Shown here: one piece after another, positions 1-13,643 of the stretch
Layout: each line of letters starts with the position of its first letter
How positions within the stretch are numbered: the first letter of the stretch is position 1
Assembly (NCBI GenBank): GCA_050084985.1
Contig: JBITNC010000001.1
Span: forward strand, 79,732,001-79,796,000
Length of the DNA stretch: 64,000 bases
Origin: Nageia nagi
Taxonomy: Eukaryota > Plantae > Pinophyta
Reading direction: 5' to 3'
The notes under the pieces: model-generated
The model's input: only the letters and a program-made list of their open reading frames with translations
Told to the model about the DNA's origin: nothing
The model's database searches: none
Made by a program: the position numbers and the translations under genes

Positions 1-1199
1 GAAAAAGTAGTAAAGCAACAAAAATTATGGTATTATAAAAGGTACAAGGAGAATATACCTCTAGATTACATGACTCTCACTCTATGAAATATAAATTTAA
101 GATTTCTCACAAATGGGTCTGCACCTATGTTAAATGTTCACACCATTTTTCCTTTTGGATATTAGCGCAAATGCTCATATTAGTGTTGGTGTTAACCTTA
201 GCATGGACATTGAGCCTCAACTAAAATAGTGGTTCTAGTTCCTCCAATTATCTCCATGCTAGATATAGAACCAAGATTTCAATAAGAGCTTATCAGTCTA
301 ATCCACAACATTAACGAGAATATTATTGAACCTACCACATTACAAGATTTTCTTCATCAAGAAGCTCAAGTTGATAATCTAATCCTAATAAATAATAGTA
401 AAGGTATAGTTACATAATATGAGCATAATGAATAGGTTTAAGAATTTTATGAGGATACAAACATATTCACATAAGATGTGTGATCAAGAAGACCTTACAA
501 AGTATGAAGAGATCAACAAAATTATCAAAGAGCTTGATATGCCATATCCATATTGGTTAAAATAAAGAAAACCCAATAAAACCTAGATTATTTTATTTAG
601 CATATGAGCTTAAAATTACAAACTTGGTTGATTCAAAAAGTTCAAATTGATTACAAAAATAAATTAGGATTATTTGAACCTAAGAATAAGTAATCAATCC
701 AATATCCTATCATAAATGAATGAAGATATCATGAGAAAGAAGTTGATAGACTACTTTCCCAAGCCATGTAACCCATTATCATATTGAATCAAGAAGAAAA
801 TGACATAAAATGTGTAGAAGTACTAAAGTGTAACATGGAGCACATGATATTGATGCCTCATACTAACAAAGAAAGGTTAGTTTCAACAAATTTACACAAT
901 ATCATCCGTGACAAAAATGATAAACATGGAGCTTTTGAAATATTCAATCATAGATAGAAATTATTGATATCTAAATAAGTATAAAATTCAAATAGCCATT
1001 GGATAATGCAAGGGAAAATATTTAGGCAATTATACCAATTCCAACTTTAGAAACAACATTGAAAATGATAACTATAGAAGACATAAAGAGAGTCAATAAT
1101 CTACAGTAAAGAATTTTGAAAATATTAAAATATGAAGGCCTAGATTATTAGTAAAATGAAGATAATAATCCCTTGTTAATGATAATTATATCCACTATA

Positions 1200-2110
1200 T
1201 TGTATTCTAACAAAGCTTTAAATTTTGATGGTACAACTGATCCATGTATTCATTTATGTATTTTCTTTAATGAAGTCTCCTTAATCACTATGGATGATGA
1301 CATGCATGCAAATTTATTCCCTTTTATTTAAAAATACATGCTACATAATGGTTTAAAAACTTACCACATACTAGCATTGATAGCTTTTAACATTTAAAGA
1401 CTATATTTTGTGATCATTATCAGATTTGCATTGCAAAAAGGATAACATTAATGAAGATAAAGTAAAGAGAAAGATAATCCATTGATTCATTTATTATATA
1501 TTTAGATAAAAAGGCCAATCAAGTTCATGAAGATGATAATATAAAAATCATAGCCTTTAACAAGGCTCTTCAATAAAAGTATAAGGAAGAGTGTTTTGAT
1601 TATCATAAGTTACCTCTTGATGAGTTCCCTCAAGCATTACTAGAAAAAGAGAGTTTTCATATCAAATATGGAAAATGGAAACCAAAATAAAAATATAAAA
1701 GGGACAAGTCACCTTCACAACCTCAACATTGATACAAAAAATAACAACCAAAAGAGTCACCAATAGTAGCTAAAGTGGAATCAATACACCAACATACAGT
1801 AGCAACAAATGAACTTGGAAAGGTTGAAAAAGTATATAAATCAATTACATAGAGTTTCAAAAATTTCTTAGACAAAAATTCACACCTATACATGATGATA
1901 TTGATGAATTCACAAAGGCCTTGATCAAGAGAAAAGTTTTTGTAAAACTACTTAAATCTACTACTCAGCCATCCTTTACAATGGGTGTGCCAAGTGAGTG
2001 TAAATTAGATCATTTCTATAAGTATCATCAATAGTGAGGACATGCAAAAAAATATTATGTATCATTACTCAATAAAATTTAGGACCAAATTGATCAAAAG
2101 AAGGTGTTTT
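1200..2110 (+). pseudogene. Decayed Ty3/gypsy (Tat/Ogre-type) gag remnant
   Basis: Hand translation from 1224 gives FDGTTDPCIHL...NLFPF / WFKNLPHTSIDSF (Retrotrans_gag pattern). ~2012-2100 gives FYKYHQ**GHAKKYYVSLLNKI*DQID, matching the CxxH-H-C...LxxKIQDLID knuckle of Tat/Ogre gag. Many stops and frameshifts; no pol follows. Confidence 0.7.
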
Positions 2111-3074
2111 TTCTAGAACCTAAAGAGATTAAACCAAATGATCAACCAAAATAATTACAAGGACCTTATCATGAGAAGAAGAAGAACATGGGTATCTTTA
2201 ACAATACATTCCCTAATTTCATCAAAGCCATATCACCAAATACAAACATCAATTTCATTGGTAACATTACCTTGATACAACAAAAAAGGTGCACATTATT
2301 ATTCTTACTCTTTTCATTTATAGTACTATTATATATGCAAAAGCATATGTATCTTTGTTTTATTTTTGTGATCAAACATCCCTTAGAACCTTTCATTCAT
2401 GCTATGATGTAATATCTCTATATGTTACCTCACCCATAATGGGGGTATCTATAAGTCATCAACTAATGATCTTGTATCCCTTTTGTAACCCAAAGCTAAT
2501 GTTGACACTAACATGTATGCTTATCCTCCTTCACACTCTCCAAAAATCATTAGTGCATTGAGTTCACCCCAACACCCTAGTGGTAACCTTTAATACCTTG
2601 AAAAGTTTCTTCATCCTTTATCAAGAAAAACTATGTCATGTACTTGTTGATAAATTTTCACCTCATGGAAACTTGATCTTTTTTTTATTTGTTGTGCTTT
2701 GTTTTTATCCAAACCTTTGGGGGAGATTAGATTAGTGATAAAGAGGCCATACCTAGATTCATTTCTCATATATTAGGATAGAACCCATGCTAGGTTCCTC
2801 ATAGTCATTTTAGCATAGTTTATATTCTTTCATTATGTCCTATTCATTTCATTGTTCTAAATATTATGCCACTTTAGGATCTCACCATGAATTTGTCTTT
2901 ACCATATGGGTTTATTTTTACTTTATATTTCATAATCATATAACCCTAATAAGATCTTGGCTTCTTATGGTCACATTATAAAATTCTGATCCAATTTATA
3001 ACTATGACTAGTTAAAATAAAACTAGAACCCATTAACCCTTAAAAAGACCAGTGCTCGCATTGGGCTCTATTTC

Positions 3075-3099
3075 TATATATAATATATATATATATATA
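3075..3099. repeat. (TA)n microsatellite
   Basis: tatatataatatatatatatatata seen directly. Confidence 0.85.
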
Positions 3100-3299
3100 A
3101 GTCCCTTACAACAATCACTGGTTCATGCTATCTTTTCCTCATACATAATAATACATCATTAAAATTTTAACATGCATTACTTTCAAATTGAAAATAATAC
3201 AATAACTTAAAAATAAAATCACATATCCATTCATTACATATTTAGCATAAATAAAATTATATCTCAAATATATTAATAGAAAAAGTGATAAAATATCTT

Positions 3300-4683
3300 T
3301 ATAACCATCAACCAACTCAATACATAAATTCCCTATTCTAACATTGCTTGTAGTACTGTAGTGGCTCCTAACACTTCTAGTACTTTTTGATTTAGAGGTT
3401 GTACTACTCAAACTAGGCCTCTTTATCCCAATTTGCTCCTCCAATTCCATAAGCTAAGTTAGTAGGTATGCCTTATCATTTGTAAGGTCTTCAATCTTCT
3501 TGTTGTGCTCTAACACATGACCCATAATCCATAGGAAGTATTTTTTATTTGAGGCTTTGTGCATCTTTCACAATGTATTCACAACTTGCTCCAACACTAC
3601 TAGCCTAACCTCTATTCCATCCAACCCACCATCCTTTGTGGTCATTTCCTCCTTCAAGTTTTCTAGCTCTTACTCTGCATGCTATCTTGCAACCTTCTCT
3701 AAGTCTAGATCCAACTTTGTTTTATCTACAAAATTAAATAATGAATACATGCTAGTTACCTATTATTTCTTGTAAGGATTAACTTACAAGTATAAGAGTA
3801 AAATACTTACTCAATTCATTCTCAATATTTTGTTGAGTCATTGTAATAGGAACACCAATTGGAATATCTCATCCACTTTGCTCTTCTTAATGGGGCACAT
3901 CCTCCATATGCACATATTTCTCCTCCTCCTCTTCCTCCTCACCTTCCTCTCCCATCTATACCATATGGGATGCTCAATCACTATTCTAAGAACTGAAAGA
4001 TATCTTGGTCAAATGATTATGATATGTTCATACATACAACATTATAACACAAATGAGTGTGCAACCGTCTTATCGCTCTTTTGTCCCATGATAAATTTAT
4101 GCAAGTCATGATACATTTGGGAAATGATATACAAATCCCATGCATACCTTACACCCTATGTCATTTGATACACCACATGTACTAAGCCAAGGGGGAACAT
4201 CTCATGATTTTTGTCTACATATATGATGCTATCAATACATGCAACCATGATCAATTGCACCCATATAAACCTTTTCATCTTGACTTTGAAGGAATAATGA
4301 AGGTAAGCACCCTTTTTACCCTCATGATATTCCTCTAGTCCTATCAACCACTTCATAGAACCTTTTCACTATGCATCGGCCATGCCCTACTCAAAATATA
4401 TGGGGCATCCTTTTACAAGAACCCATAAGATCCTATGAATATCCTCAGGGATAATGGTGATCTCTATGGTAGGCAAATGGAAGGTATTGATCCTCTTTGA
4501 CCACCTCTCCATGAGATATATGAGCAACTCCTTGTTCACATATACATATGGAGCATTTAATAGGTAGCCCCTACCAAAGTGTCATAGCACACATAGCTCA
4601 TCATCAATCATCCTATCATGTCAAACTATACACCACTTTCAATTCCTAAACATAGGCTTCAGCTCCATAAGAAACTGATGACA
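3300..4683 (-). pseudogene. Spliced plant mobile domain (PMD, aminotransferase-like, MAIN/MAIL-related) gene remnant with acidic tract and coiled-coil tail
   Basis: Minus 4540-4410 reads VNKELLIYLMERWSKRINTFHLPTIEITIIPEDIHRILWVLVKG (PMD consensus LxxLVERWxxETHTFHLxxGExTITLxDVxxILGLP). ~4155-4020 reads RYAWDLYIISQMYHDL...L*CCMYEH (PMD YxWGxxxLxxLY...LLQxWxYEH). Poly-Glu at ~3915-3950. GT-AG intron 3726-3810 (gtaagt...tgtag). Acceptor at 4684-4685; further candidate donors near 5095 and 5248. Confidence 0.8.
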
Positions 4684-6854
4684 CTGGATTCACAATAAGT
4701 AAAGTTATGTATTAGTATAGTTTGCAATTTCATTCAAATAATGCAAGAAAAAATTTATTTTATTTTTCTAAACATACATTAAATATCACATCAACTTAGA
4801 TAATATTTCCCTTTCCTGATAAACTATCTACCAAGCTAATGTCAATTCCCATTCTAGTATTCATGTTAGGTTCTCTACAACCAATTTTTCCAAAATTTAA
4901 GGGAAAATTGCCTTTACCCTTGCTATAGCCTAAAAACATACTTTGATGCCTACAATCTACCTTTATATACTCAAATTCATGGAAGCTCTAAACTTCTAAC
5001 CATATCCCTAGTTTAACATAACCATTTTTCCTATTCTTCACTCAACCTTACCAAATTAAGATAAAAACCACAACAAAAGGGTACTACACACTCACCATAT
5101 GGGAAAAAAAATGATTGTGTCAAATAAAACATGCCCAATGATTTTCTTGGTTTGTGATATTCATCATGCAATACCAAATAGATCATATTTTTTCCAAATT
5201 AAACAAAACCAACCTAAACTAATGATCCACACACATAAAAATACTTACTTCATGACTCAAATCTCTTAAAAATTTCTCTCCATAATAAATACACTCCTTA
5301 ACCTAGACCAAAGCTCAAATCTCAAATAGTGCATATGAAAATAAATAACTAATTTGGCCTATTTAAATAAAAGATAGGACACATTCTATGATATAACCAA
5401 TAAACACTGACAACCTTGCACCATCATACCTTTTAAATCATGATCTTTTCTCATATCTTATAAATTGATGTATTTAGCCCAAAATTTTGACATTTGATTC
5501 CTTAGGGATCCTAGCATATGTGTTCACATCCATGCTCATGCTGATGATTAGCATCCACCATACCTTTACTTTACATCTAGTACCTCACCTTGGACATCAT
5601 GGCACTTCCAACTAAATATGGTCTAAAAACTAAAATAGGACTAACATGTATTGGAGAATGAGGTTCTTTGCAAGAGAGTATGAACATCTAATTAAAGAAT
5701 GATGCATTCCCCACATGTTTGTACTTAGGTTAGATATGTTTGTTATAAGATTTTATGATTTATCAAATTCTATCAGGTATAAAAATATTACAATTAGATA
5801 CATCAAGCATATCACACACTGCAAATGCAACAACATCAGCATACAATACTCCTATGCTAGCATCAACATTGAAGCAAGCACAAATGCTAGGGTACAAAGA
5901 CATAAATTAGGATAATTTGACATAAATTAGCATAGTGGGTAAGATACAAGAAATATTTCTATACTTACCTATACTTTGAATTCAATCACTTTCATGATTG
6001 GGAAATAAACCAATCATCTCATAGTCACCTTTGTTGGTTGGGTATAAACTAACCATCACCTTTATATCACATATAAGAATGGGGTATACACTTCATGATG
6101 ATGACAACATATCATGTTTACATCTAGGAATAGGGCATGTACCTCATGATGATATATGGAATATCCTAACATGGTCCCACTTAGGTGCAACATTACATAC
6201 ATGTTTAATCACACTTTATCATAGTTCAATAATATTTTACCTTATTATCACATATTTCTTAGGTTGTGTTCTTATTTTTATATTAGGTACACCAGGACGG
6301 CTTCAACCTTCTTGCAAAGGGTCAAATGGTGATATCATGCTTGATATAAATATAAGTATCTTTAACCTAGGGAAAGCATGTCAATATTCCATTTTGATAG
6401 CTACTACCTTACACTTAGATGTTTCTAAATGTTGCCTATTGAGATTGGAATCTTGTTATCACTCAAGAAAATATCTATCATCCATCTTCATGATCATATG
6501 CTTGGTTTGGATTGTCAACACATATACTATTATCAATCCTTGTTGGCAAAACTCATTCTATCATAATGCTAGTGATCACACCAAAGTGCATGCTCAGGCT
6601 AAGCTTTTGGAACCTAACTCCTATGCTAATATCCTTTCCATATTATTCGTGGGGTTTGCACATCAAGGTCACCTTTCCTCAACATGTTTGTCTTGCATAC
6701 ACTTGACCTCAACATAGGAAAGGATACATAGGTATTTATTTGACACTTGGTTCCATCTCTTTAGTGTGTGTATTCATTTTATATATTAACATCAGCATAA
6801 TTCATAGTTCTATTACTAAGCTCTATTTCTTGTTATTCAATCTTATCTCTATAG

Positions 6855-7009
6855 GAAGATCCTCAACCTTCCCTCTATAATGAATATCCTCAATCTACCC
6901 TCTAAATGAAGATCCTCAATCTTCCCTCTGCAAGAATATCCTTAATCTACCCTTTACATGAAGATCCTTAATCTTCCCTCTGCAAGAAGATCCTTAATAT
7001 TTCTACTGC
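6855..7009 (+). repeat. Tandem array of six ~26-bp units (GAAKATCCTYAATCTWCCCTCT...)
   Basis: Units start at 6855, 6882, 6908, 6934, 6960 and 6986. A partial inverted copy lies at ~7039-7056. Confidence 0.9.
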
Positions 7010-7471
7010 GAGTAGATTGAAACTATACATTTATCCTTGAAGGAAGATTAAGATAATTTTAATTAAGTCATAAAATGTTGATTTTTAGTGTCTATATTTT
7101 TCCTCTCTTTGGACTATTTCACAACGGAGAAGGGAGATAGTTCAAAAACTAATAGATACTTACTAAGATTACAATAAAACAAGGTTGATTATGCACAAGT
7201 ATCAAAGTAAATTTTAGTAGACTAGACAACTAAATTTGGATAAAATTTGGGATTCTTGATTTTTAATTTAGCTAGTACAATGTGTCATTGTTTCTATTAA
7301 TTAGCCAAAATTTTATATGATTTTCTAATTTCTTGGGCTTGATAACCAATGATTCTACAAGTATTTTTTGCTTTTTTAAATATATCATCTTAGATGTTAA
7401 ACATGTTGGTCCCATTTTTACCTTGAATTTATAAAAAATAAACCTTTAAAAATTAACCACTTATAGGTCAG

Positions 7472-7476
7472 TATAT

Positions 7477-7531
<55 letters not shown>
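7472..7531. repeat. (TA)n microsatellite
   Basis: ~60 bp of near-perfect TA repeats. Confidence 0.95.
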
Positions 7532-7646
7532 GTGATACCCATATCATAGTATCATAGAGGAAGTTAGCAGTTTGCACTTATTTTGAGATCTATTAGGATA
7601 ATAATATTTATCATTAGTTGTGATTTTATTCTAGATCTACTATCAA

Positions 7647-7717
7647 TTTGACACCATAAGGGTATATAATTGGTTTGACACCAATTGGTACTATAGTTGG
7701 TTCAACACCAATTTGGG
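7647..7717 (+). repeat. Short 27-bp tandem repeat (TTTGACACCA... x2.5)
   Basis: tttgacaccataagggtatataattgg | tttgacaccaattggtactatagttgg | ttcaacaccaatttggg. Related ACACC/GGTG motifs continue to ~7840. Confidence 0.6.
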
Positions 7718-8779
7718 CTTCTATCACTCCGATATTATTTTGGTTTAATGTTAGTTTGGTGCCATATTGGGTTGTTATTTTCCTAACACCATTTTCATGA
7801 TGATATATTATAAACCTAGTTGCACACCTTTTGGTGTTGATAAAGTTTCAAAATATTTGTTGTTGAATCAGTTACACATCTACATTGCTAGTTTTATAAA
7901 TATTGTTTATAGGTTTTTACAAAATTTTACAAATCAATATGAATAATTTCTAATGTTTATAACTAGGTTTTTATTAATTTTATCATAATTTCAAAATATA
8001 TTTTGAATAAATTCACCAAATTTTCATAAGGGGGATTTTCTAATTAAGGCTTAAAATTTACCATGGAAAGTATTTGAACTCATGAATTCATTGATTACTA
8101 GGGAAGAAATAAATTATTTATAACTTTTTACTTTGCAATTGATAAATTTTTAAGCATAATTGATAATCTTAAGTGGATATTGTCCATTTGATAACTACTA
8201 TTATCATGGGTAATTCGTGGCCTAAGCATATTTTGAAGTCTCTCAAGATGAAATAAAGCTTGATTATTTGACTAATTTGCTATCACCCCAATAGAGGAGA
8301 GATAATGATAATCTTTTGCAAATACTATTAAAAACATATCTTTCCAAGATCAAGGGTTATTAGACTAAACAAGACTTGAAGGCAAGCCAAATGTATTGCC
8401 CCTTAACATTGAGATGATGACCATAGATAATGATGATTATGACAACAATGTTTGACCAAACATAACATAGGTTTGAATGAGTTAATGTTTTACTTTGTAA
8501 ACAAAATAAAACATGATGAGTATGAAAAATAAGGTTTGAAAGAATGATATTTTACTCCATGGTAGGAAGATTTTGGCAAGTGGGTGTACTAGGCGAGCGA
8601 GTGAAAGCATTGCAAGCATGGAGATACTTATAGCAAGCAAGGAGGATAGGAAGATAGGATGCATGGTAAGAATAGTATGTGAATAGGAGTGTGAATTAAT
8701 TTTTGGAAATTCCATTAACCTGTGACCCTTGGGATTCCAAAATGAATGAGTATTTGAAATGGAAAAGCATAAACCTTGG

Positions 8780-9720
8780 AGAGAACTCTTCTCTCAAGAT
8801 GTGAAGATAGAAAATGGGCCCCCACTACAAGCTACAATTATGAATGATGGTAAATTGAAACTAAAAATCCCTTGAGTTGTAACATATCAAACCCTATAAG
8901 AGGAAAATTGATTCTTGTTGGGAAAGTTCAAGGTGCACAACCAAACATAATGATGTTCAAAGATGGGAAAAATACAAATGGAAGCTTAAAGGAAGTTTAG
9001 ATATTATAGCTTTACCAAATGATTACAAGCTCTTTGTCTTTAGTACTAAAGAGTATAGAAATGAAATACTAAGTATGACATGGTTCATTGGTAATAGGTG
9101 TATCTTTTTGGAGTGATGGCATCTTGGTTTTGATTGCCTATGGGCTCAACTAATGCAAGCACCCATATGGGTAACTCTGCCAAATCTCCCCTTTGATCTT
9201 TAGCATAAAAACATCCTCAAGGGAATTTTAAAGGTTCATAACAATGGATGATGTAACAAAATCTTGATCAAGGATGGTCTCAATACATTTATATGTTATG
9301 GTTGATTTTGGAGTTATGCTCCCCATGGCTATTAAGTTAGAAGATGAAATTGGAGATATCAAACAGGAACTATGGTGTGAAAGAAATAATTTTCTATGTT
9401 CATTATGTAACTAGGTTGGGCATATTATGAGAGTATGCCCAAAAAGAGTGCTAAGAAATAAAAAATAATGGAAACCAAAACCAGCACAAGAAGATCCTCG
9501 ATTGGAGGAAGTCACAGAATGTGAAGGCCCAAAGGATGAAGAGATCAACCAAGATGAAAAAAAAGATGAAACAAGTGATGAAGAAGAAGTAGAAGGGAAA
9601 GATGAGAATGAAGTGGAAAGCTCCCCGAACATCAATCCAATGGCCATAGGAGATATACAATATGAACATCAATCAAAGGAAAAATGGAATATGGTACATG
9701 GAAAGATGAAGGGATAGAAA
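8780..9720 (+). pseudogene. LINE ORF1 remnant (DUF4283-type RRM + CCHC zinc knuckle)
   Basis: LVGKF (~8915), WVTLPNLPFDL (~9169), CSLCN*VGHIMRVC (9397-9438, CX2CX4HX4C), and an acidic tail (ORF 9502-9717). Confidence 0.8.
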
Positions 9721-9839
9721 AGGGGGTCTACCTCATCTAAAATAATGGTAAAAGAAACCTAATTTGATAGATAGATAATGACAAGAAGCATATCCAAAGG
9801 AAGATCTTTGTTGGAAGAACCCTACAAAAGAGGTGCCCA

Positions 9840-12800
9840 ATGTTAGTTCTCTCTTGGAATGTGAGGAGGTTAAGTGACCCTCAAAAAGTAGGCTTCTACA
9901 AGAAATTTACAAGAAGTAGAAGCCTGATATGGTCTTCCTACAAGAAAAAAAAACTTAAAGAAGGAAAAACTAAAATAGTAAAATGAAGAATCTAGATGCA
10001 AGTTGAAATGGAATACACCCTAGCTTGAGGAAATTTAGGGGGAATTATGTCACTATAGAACCTACATATCTTTGAAGGGGAAACAATGGAGATAAAGACT
10101 AACTTCATTTGGGTTACTCTGACTCATAAGGTAACCAAGAAGTAACTAAATGCCATCAATATCTATGCACCTAATAAGTTGTTAGAAAGGAGAAGGCTAT
10201 GGAGGAATATATAAGAGATCATTAAGAATAAAGAGGAGGAAAACTAGATCCTAAAAGGAGAATTCAAGTCTCCACTATACTCAAAGGAAAAATCTAGGGG
10301 AAAACTAGAGGAGACCTAGCTGTTGGGAATGGAAGATCTTAGGACTTTCCTAAGTAATATAGGTATGGAAGATTTAAGGATCCATGGTACTAAGTATACT
10401 TGGACAAATAAAAAAATAGGAGGAAGGTCAATTATGTGTAAATAGGATAGAATCATAGTATCAAAAGGATGGATTAATGATTTTATGGAATACCAACTAT
10501 GGGAACTACCATGAGTAGGATTGGATCATAATGCATTTCTACTAGATATTAAAGAAAGGGATGTCAAAAACCATCCATTCTAATTTGAAATTATGTGGTT
10601 GATTCACCTAGAGTTGGATGAAAGAATAAAATAATGGTGGGGCATGCCAATCTATGGGACTAAAATGTATAAAGTCACAAAAATGTTATAGCATGTTAAA
10701 AAATAAATCAAAATATGGAATCGTGAGGTATTTGAGAGAGTGGAAGGGAGAAAGGAATACTTGAAAGCAAGAATTAAGAAAATTAAGAAAGAAATAGAGA
10801 CTAAGGGTATATTATAAGAACTTAAATAAGAAGAGAAGGAAGTGTTATGTGATCTTCATAATAACCTTACAACAAAAGGAACAAAATGGAGGAAGAAATC
10901 CAAAATAACATAGCTGAAGGAGGGTGATCGTAACACAAAGTTATTGAAGATGATAACCTTTAAACATAAAGAAAATAACCAAATAATTAAGATTAATAAC
11001 AATCAAGGTGAATTGATTCAATACATGAGAGAAATAAAAGAAACAAATGTCAAGTTCTTCCAACAACTCATGTAAATGGAGGAAAACCTAAATGATGATT
11101 GGATGGAGGAAATTTTAGGGAACATCCTAAAGTTGGTAATAGATGAGCAAAATATAAGGCTCATAACACCCTTTTTTGATGCAAAAATATAAAAACTCCA
11201 TCTTCTCAATGGCCCATAACAAATCACCAGGATTAGATGGATTCTTCACAAAAAAGTTTCAAATATTTTGGGGCATTGTGGGAATGAAAGTATCAAGAGC
11301 AGTAAGAAAAATACAATCCTCAAGATAATTGTTGAAATCATGAAATACCACATTTCTAGCCTTGATACCAAAATTAATGTATACAAAGGAGTTCAAAATA
11401 TTCCACCCAATTAGCCTATGTAATGTGGTTTACAAAATTCTGACCAAAACACTAGCAAATAGATTAAAGATAATACTACCCCACCTTATCTCCCCTGAAT
11501 AAGGAGGTTTTGTCTAAGGTAGATAGATTATAGATGGCATCAAAGAAATGCATCAAGTTCTACATTCAACACAAAATGAGGATATGAAAACTTTATTTCT
11601 AAATTTGGATATGCAAAAAGCATATGATATGGTCAATTGGACATTCCTAGATAAAGTACGTGAGAAATTTGGTTTTTCATAAACTTGGAGATTCTGGATA
11701 CATCAATGTATTTTCGGCCTCTTTCTTTGTACTAATTAATGGTGAAGCTATGAGCTTATTTAGATTAGAGAGAGGGCTGAAATAAGGCAATCCAATCTCC
11801 CCATACTTATTCATCATCATGGTAGAAGCCTTGGGGAGAAAAATTAGTGATTGGAAAGATATCAAAAAAATTACAAGGAGCAAGCTAGCAAGAGAAAATA
11901 TAGTCAGCACCCATAGCTAGATTGTAGATGATAAATTAATAGTAGGTGAATCCTTAGTTTTGGAAGCAAGGAATTATTTAAAAAAATTATAACTCTATGA
12001 GAGAGCCTCATAATAGAAAATAAATTACAACAAGAGTAAACTATTCTTTATCCACACCCTGTAAAGAGGCAAAGGAAAATTGTAGAGATATTTAACTATT
12101 AGATTGGGGGCCCTCCCAATAATTTATTTAGAAATGCCTCTATTTTTGGGACCATATGGAAATAACTTATGGTTACCTTTGATTGAGAGGTTCCATAAGA
12201 AACTAGCAAGATGGAATGGGGCAATCCTCTCAATAGTAGGAAAATGTCTATTGGTGAAAATAGTTCTTCAGAGTATGCATGAATACTATGCATCTGTATT
12301 TGAGATACCCATAGGCATATGTGATAAAATTGATAAGATATATAATAAATTCCTATGGAAAGGAATGAAGGAAAAGAAAATAATAACCCTAGTGAGATAG
12401 GCCAAAGTTTGTAAATAAAAGGTACAAGGAGGGCTAGGAATCCATAGTTTGCAATAATTTAACATAACACTATGAGGAAACTTGACATGGAAGGTAAGAA
12501 TAAGGAAGGAAAGAAATGGGTAAATATCTATTAGAATAATATCTAATGGATGGGTGTAACTTTCTCTATATAGAATTAAATAGATAAGGATAAACATTTT
12601 GGAAAGGAATATCTAAAACTAGATAGCTCTTGAAGAAAATGTGACCTGGAACATTGGTAATGGTTGAGATGTCCAATTATGGGAAGATAAATGGATGGGT
12701 GGAAAGCCCATTATTTAGATTACAAACCTTACCAAAATGGCTAGATGGAGGAGGAACAATGTGGGTTGGAAATCTCAATGTTACATGGAGAATAATAATG

Positions 12801-13430
12801 GATAGAGAAAATGAAGGATCCTTTGGCCCCAAGGATAGGAGCTAACTATGTTGACAAAGATTATCAACAACATGATGGTTGTAGTACTTCTACCTATTGA
12901 ATATGGGTCAAAAATTACAAGATGGAAACTAGATAAAGGTGGACTATACTCAATGAAATTAGGATATAATGCACTATTGGAGCATAATGCAAACATTTTC
13001 CAATGAAGAAAATCTAGATTAAGAGTGTTACCACAAAGGTAACCCATTTATTATGGATGGTATATAGGAAAATAATATCCACCATAGATAATTTGTGAAA
13101 GAGGTGAAAAATCCTTGTGAATAAATGCCACCTATGTTTCAAAGTGGAAGAAATAATAGACTATTTATGCCAACTATGCCCTTTCACTCAAGAAGTATGG
13201 AAAGGGATTCTAAGAGAGGTAAGGCTTGAATCTAGAATAGAAATTATCAATTCAATCTCCAAATGGCCTCCTAAATTCATTGGAAAAAAGAAAAAAGGAG
13301 GTGGACATGATACTCCCTCATATTCTCTTGGAAATTTGGAAAGAAAGAAATCGATGAATTTTCTAGGAGAAAATAATGTTAGTGGAGAGATTGGTAAGAA
13401 AGATAAGAAACATGGCTAAGGAAAATAGGA
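9840..13430 (+). pseudogene. LINE ORF2 remnant (AP endonuclease, reverse transcriptase, zf-RVT)
   Basis: MLVLSWNVRRL at 9840, PDMVFLQE, INIYAP, YTW, LDH (SDH site), *LKEGDRNTK, PISLCNVVYKI, LDMQKAYDMVNW, RGLK*GNPISPYLF, VDD (~11924), and CHLCFKVEEIIDYLCQLCPF (~13125). Numerous stops. Confidence 0.92.
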
Positions 13431-13643
13431 AACTTATTTTCAATGATGAGGTATATATTCAAAACTAGGTAGGGAGAGGGGGAAGCAAGACACTCATGTG
13501 ATGAAAATGAGGAATAACATGCGATCCCAAAGGAGTGCATGTGTGGAAGTGACATGCCCTACATTTGTACTACCACCACAAATTGAGTAGGTAAGAGTCA
13601 TTGATGGAAAATATAGGTGGAGAGACCAAATTTGGAACCTAGG

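Noticed and set aside
6031-6717. 228-aa ORF on the + strand
   Set aside because: Non-ATG start, no recognisable motif, and composition typical of a chance ORF in TE non-coding DNA.
6855-7009. Possible CRISPR-like array
   Set aside because: Units are contiguous with no unique spacers, no cas genes are present, and the context is eukaryotic.
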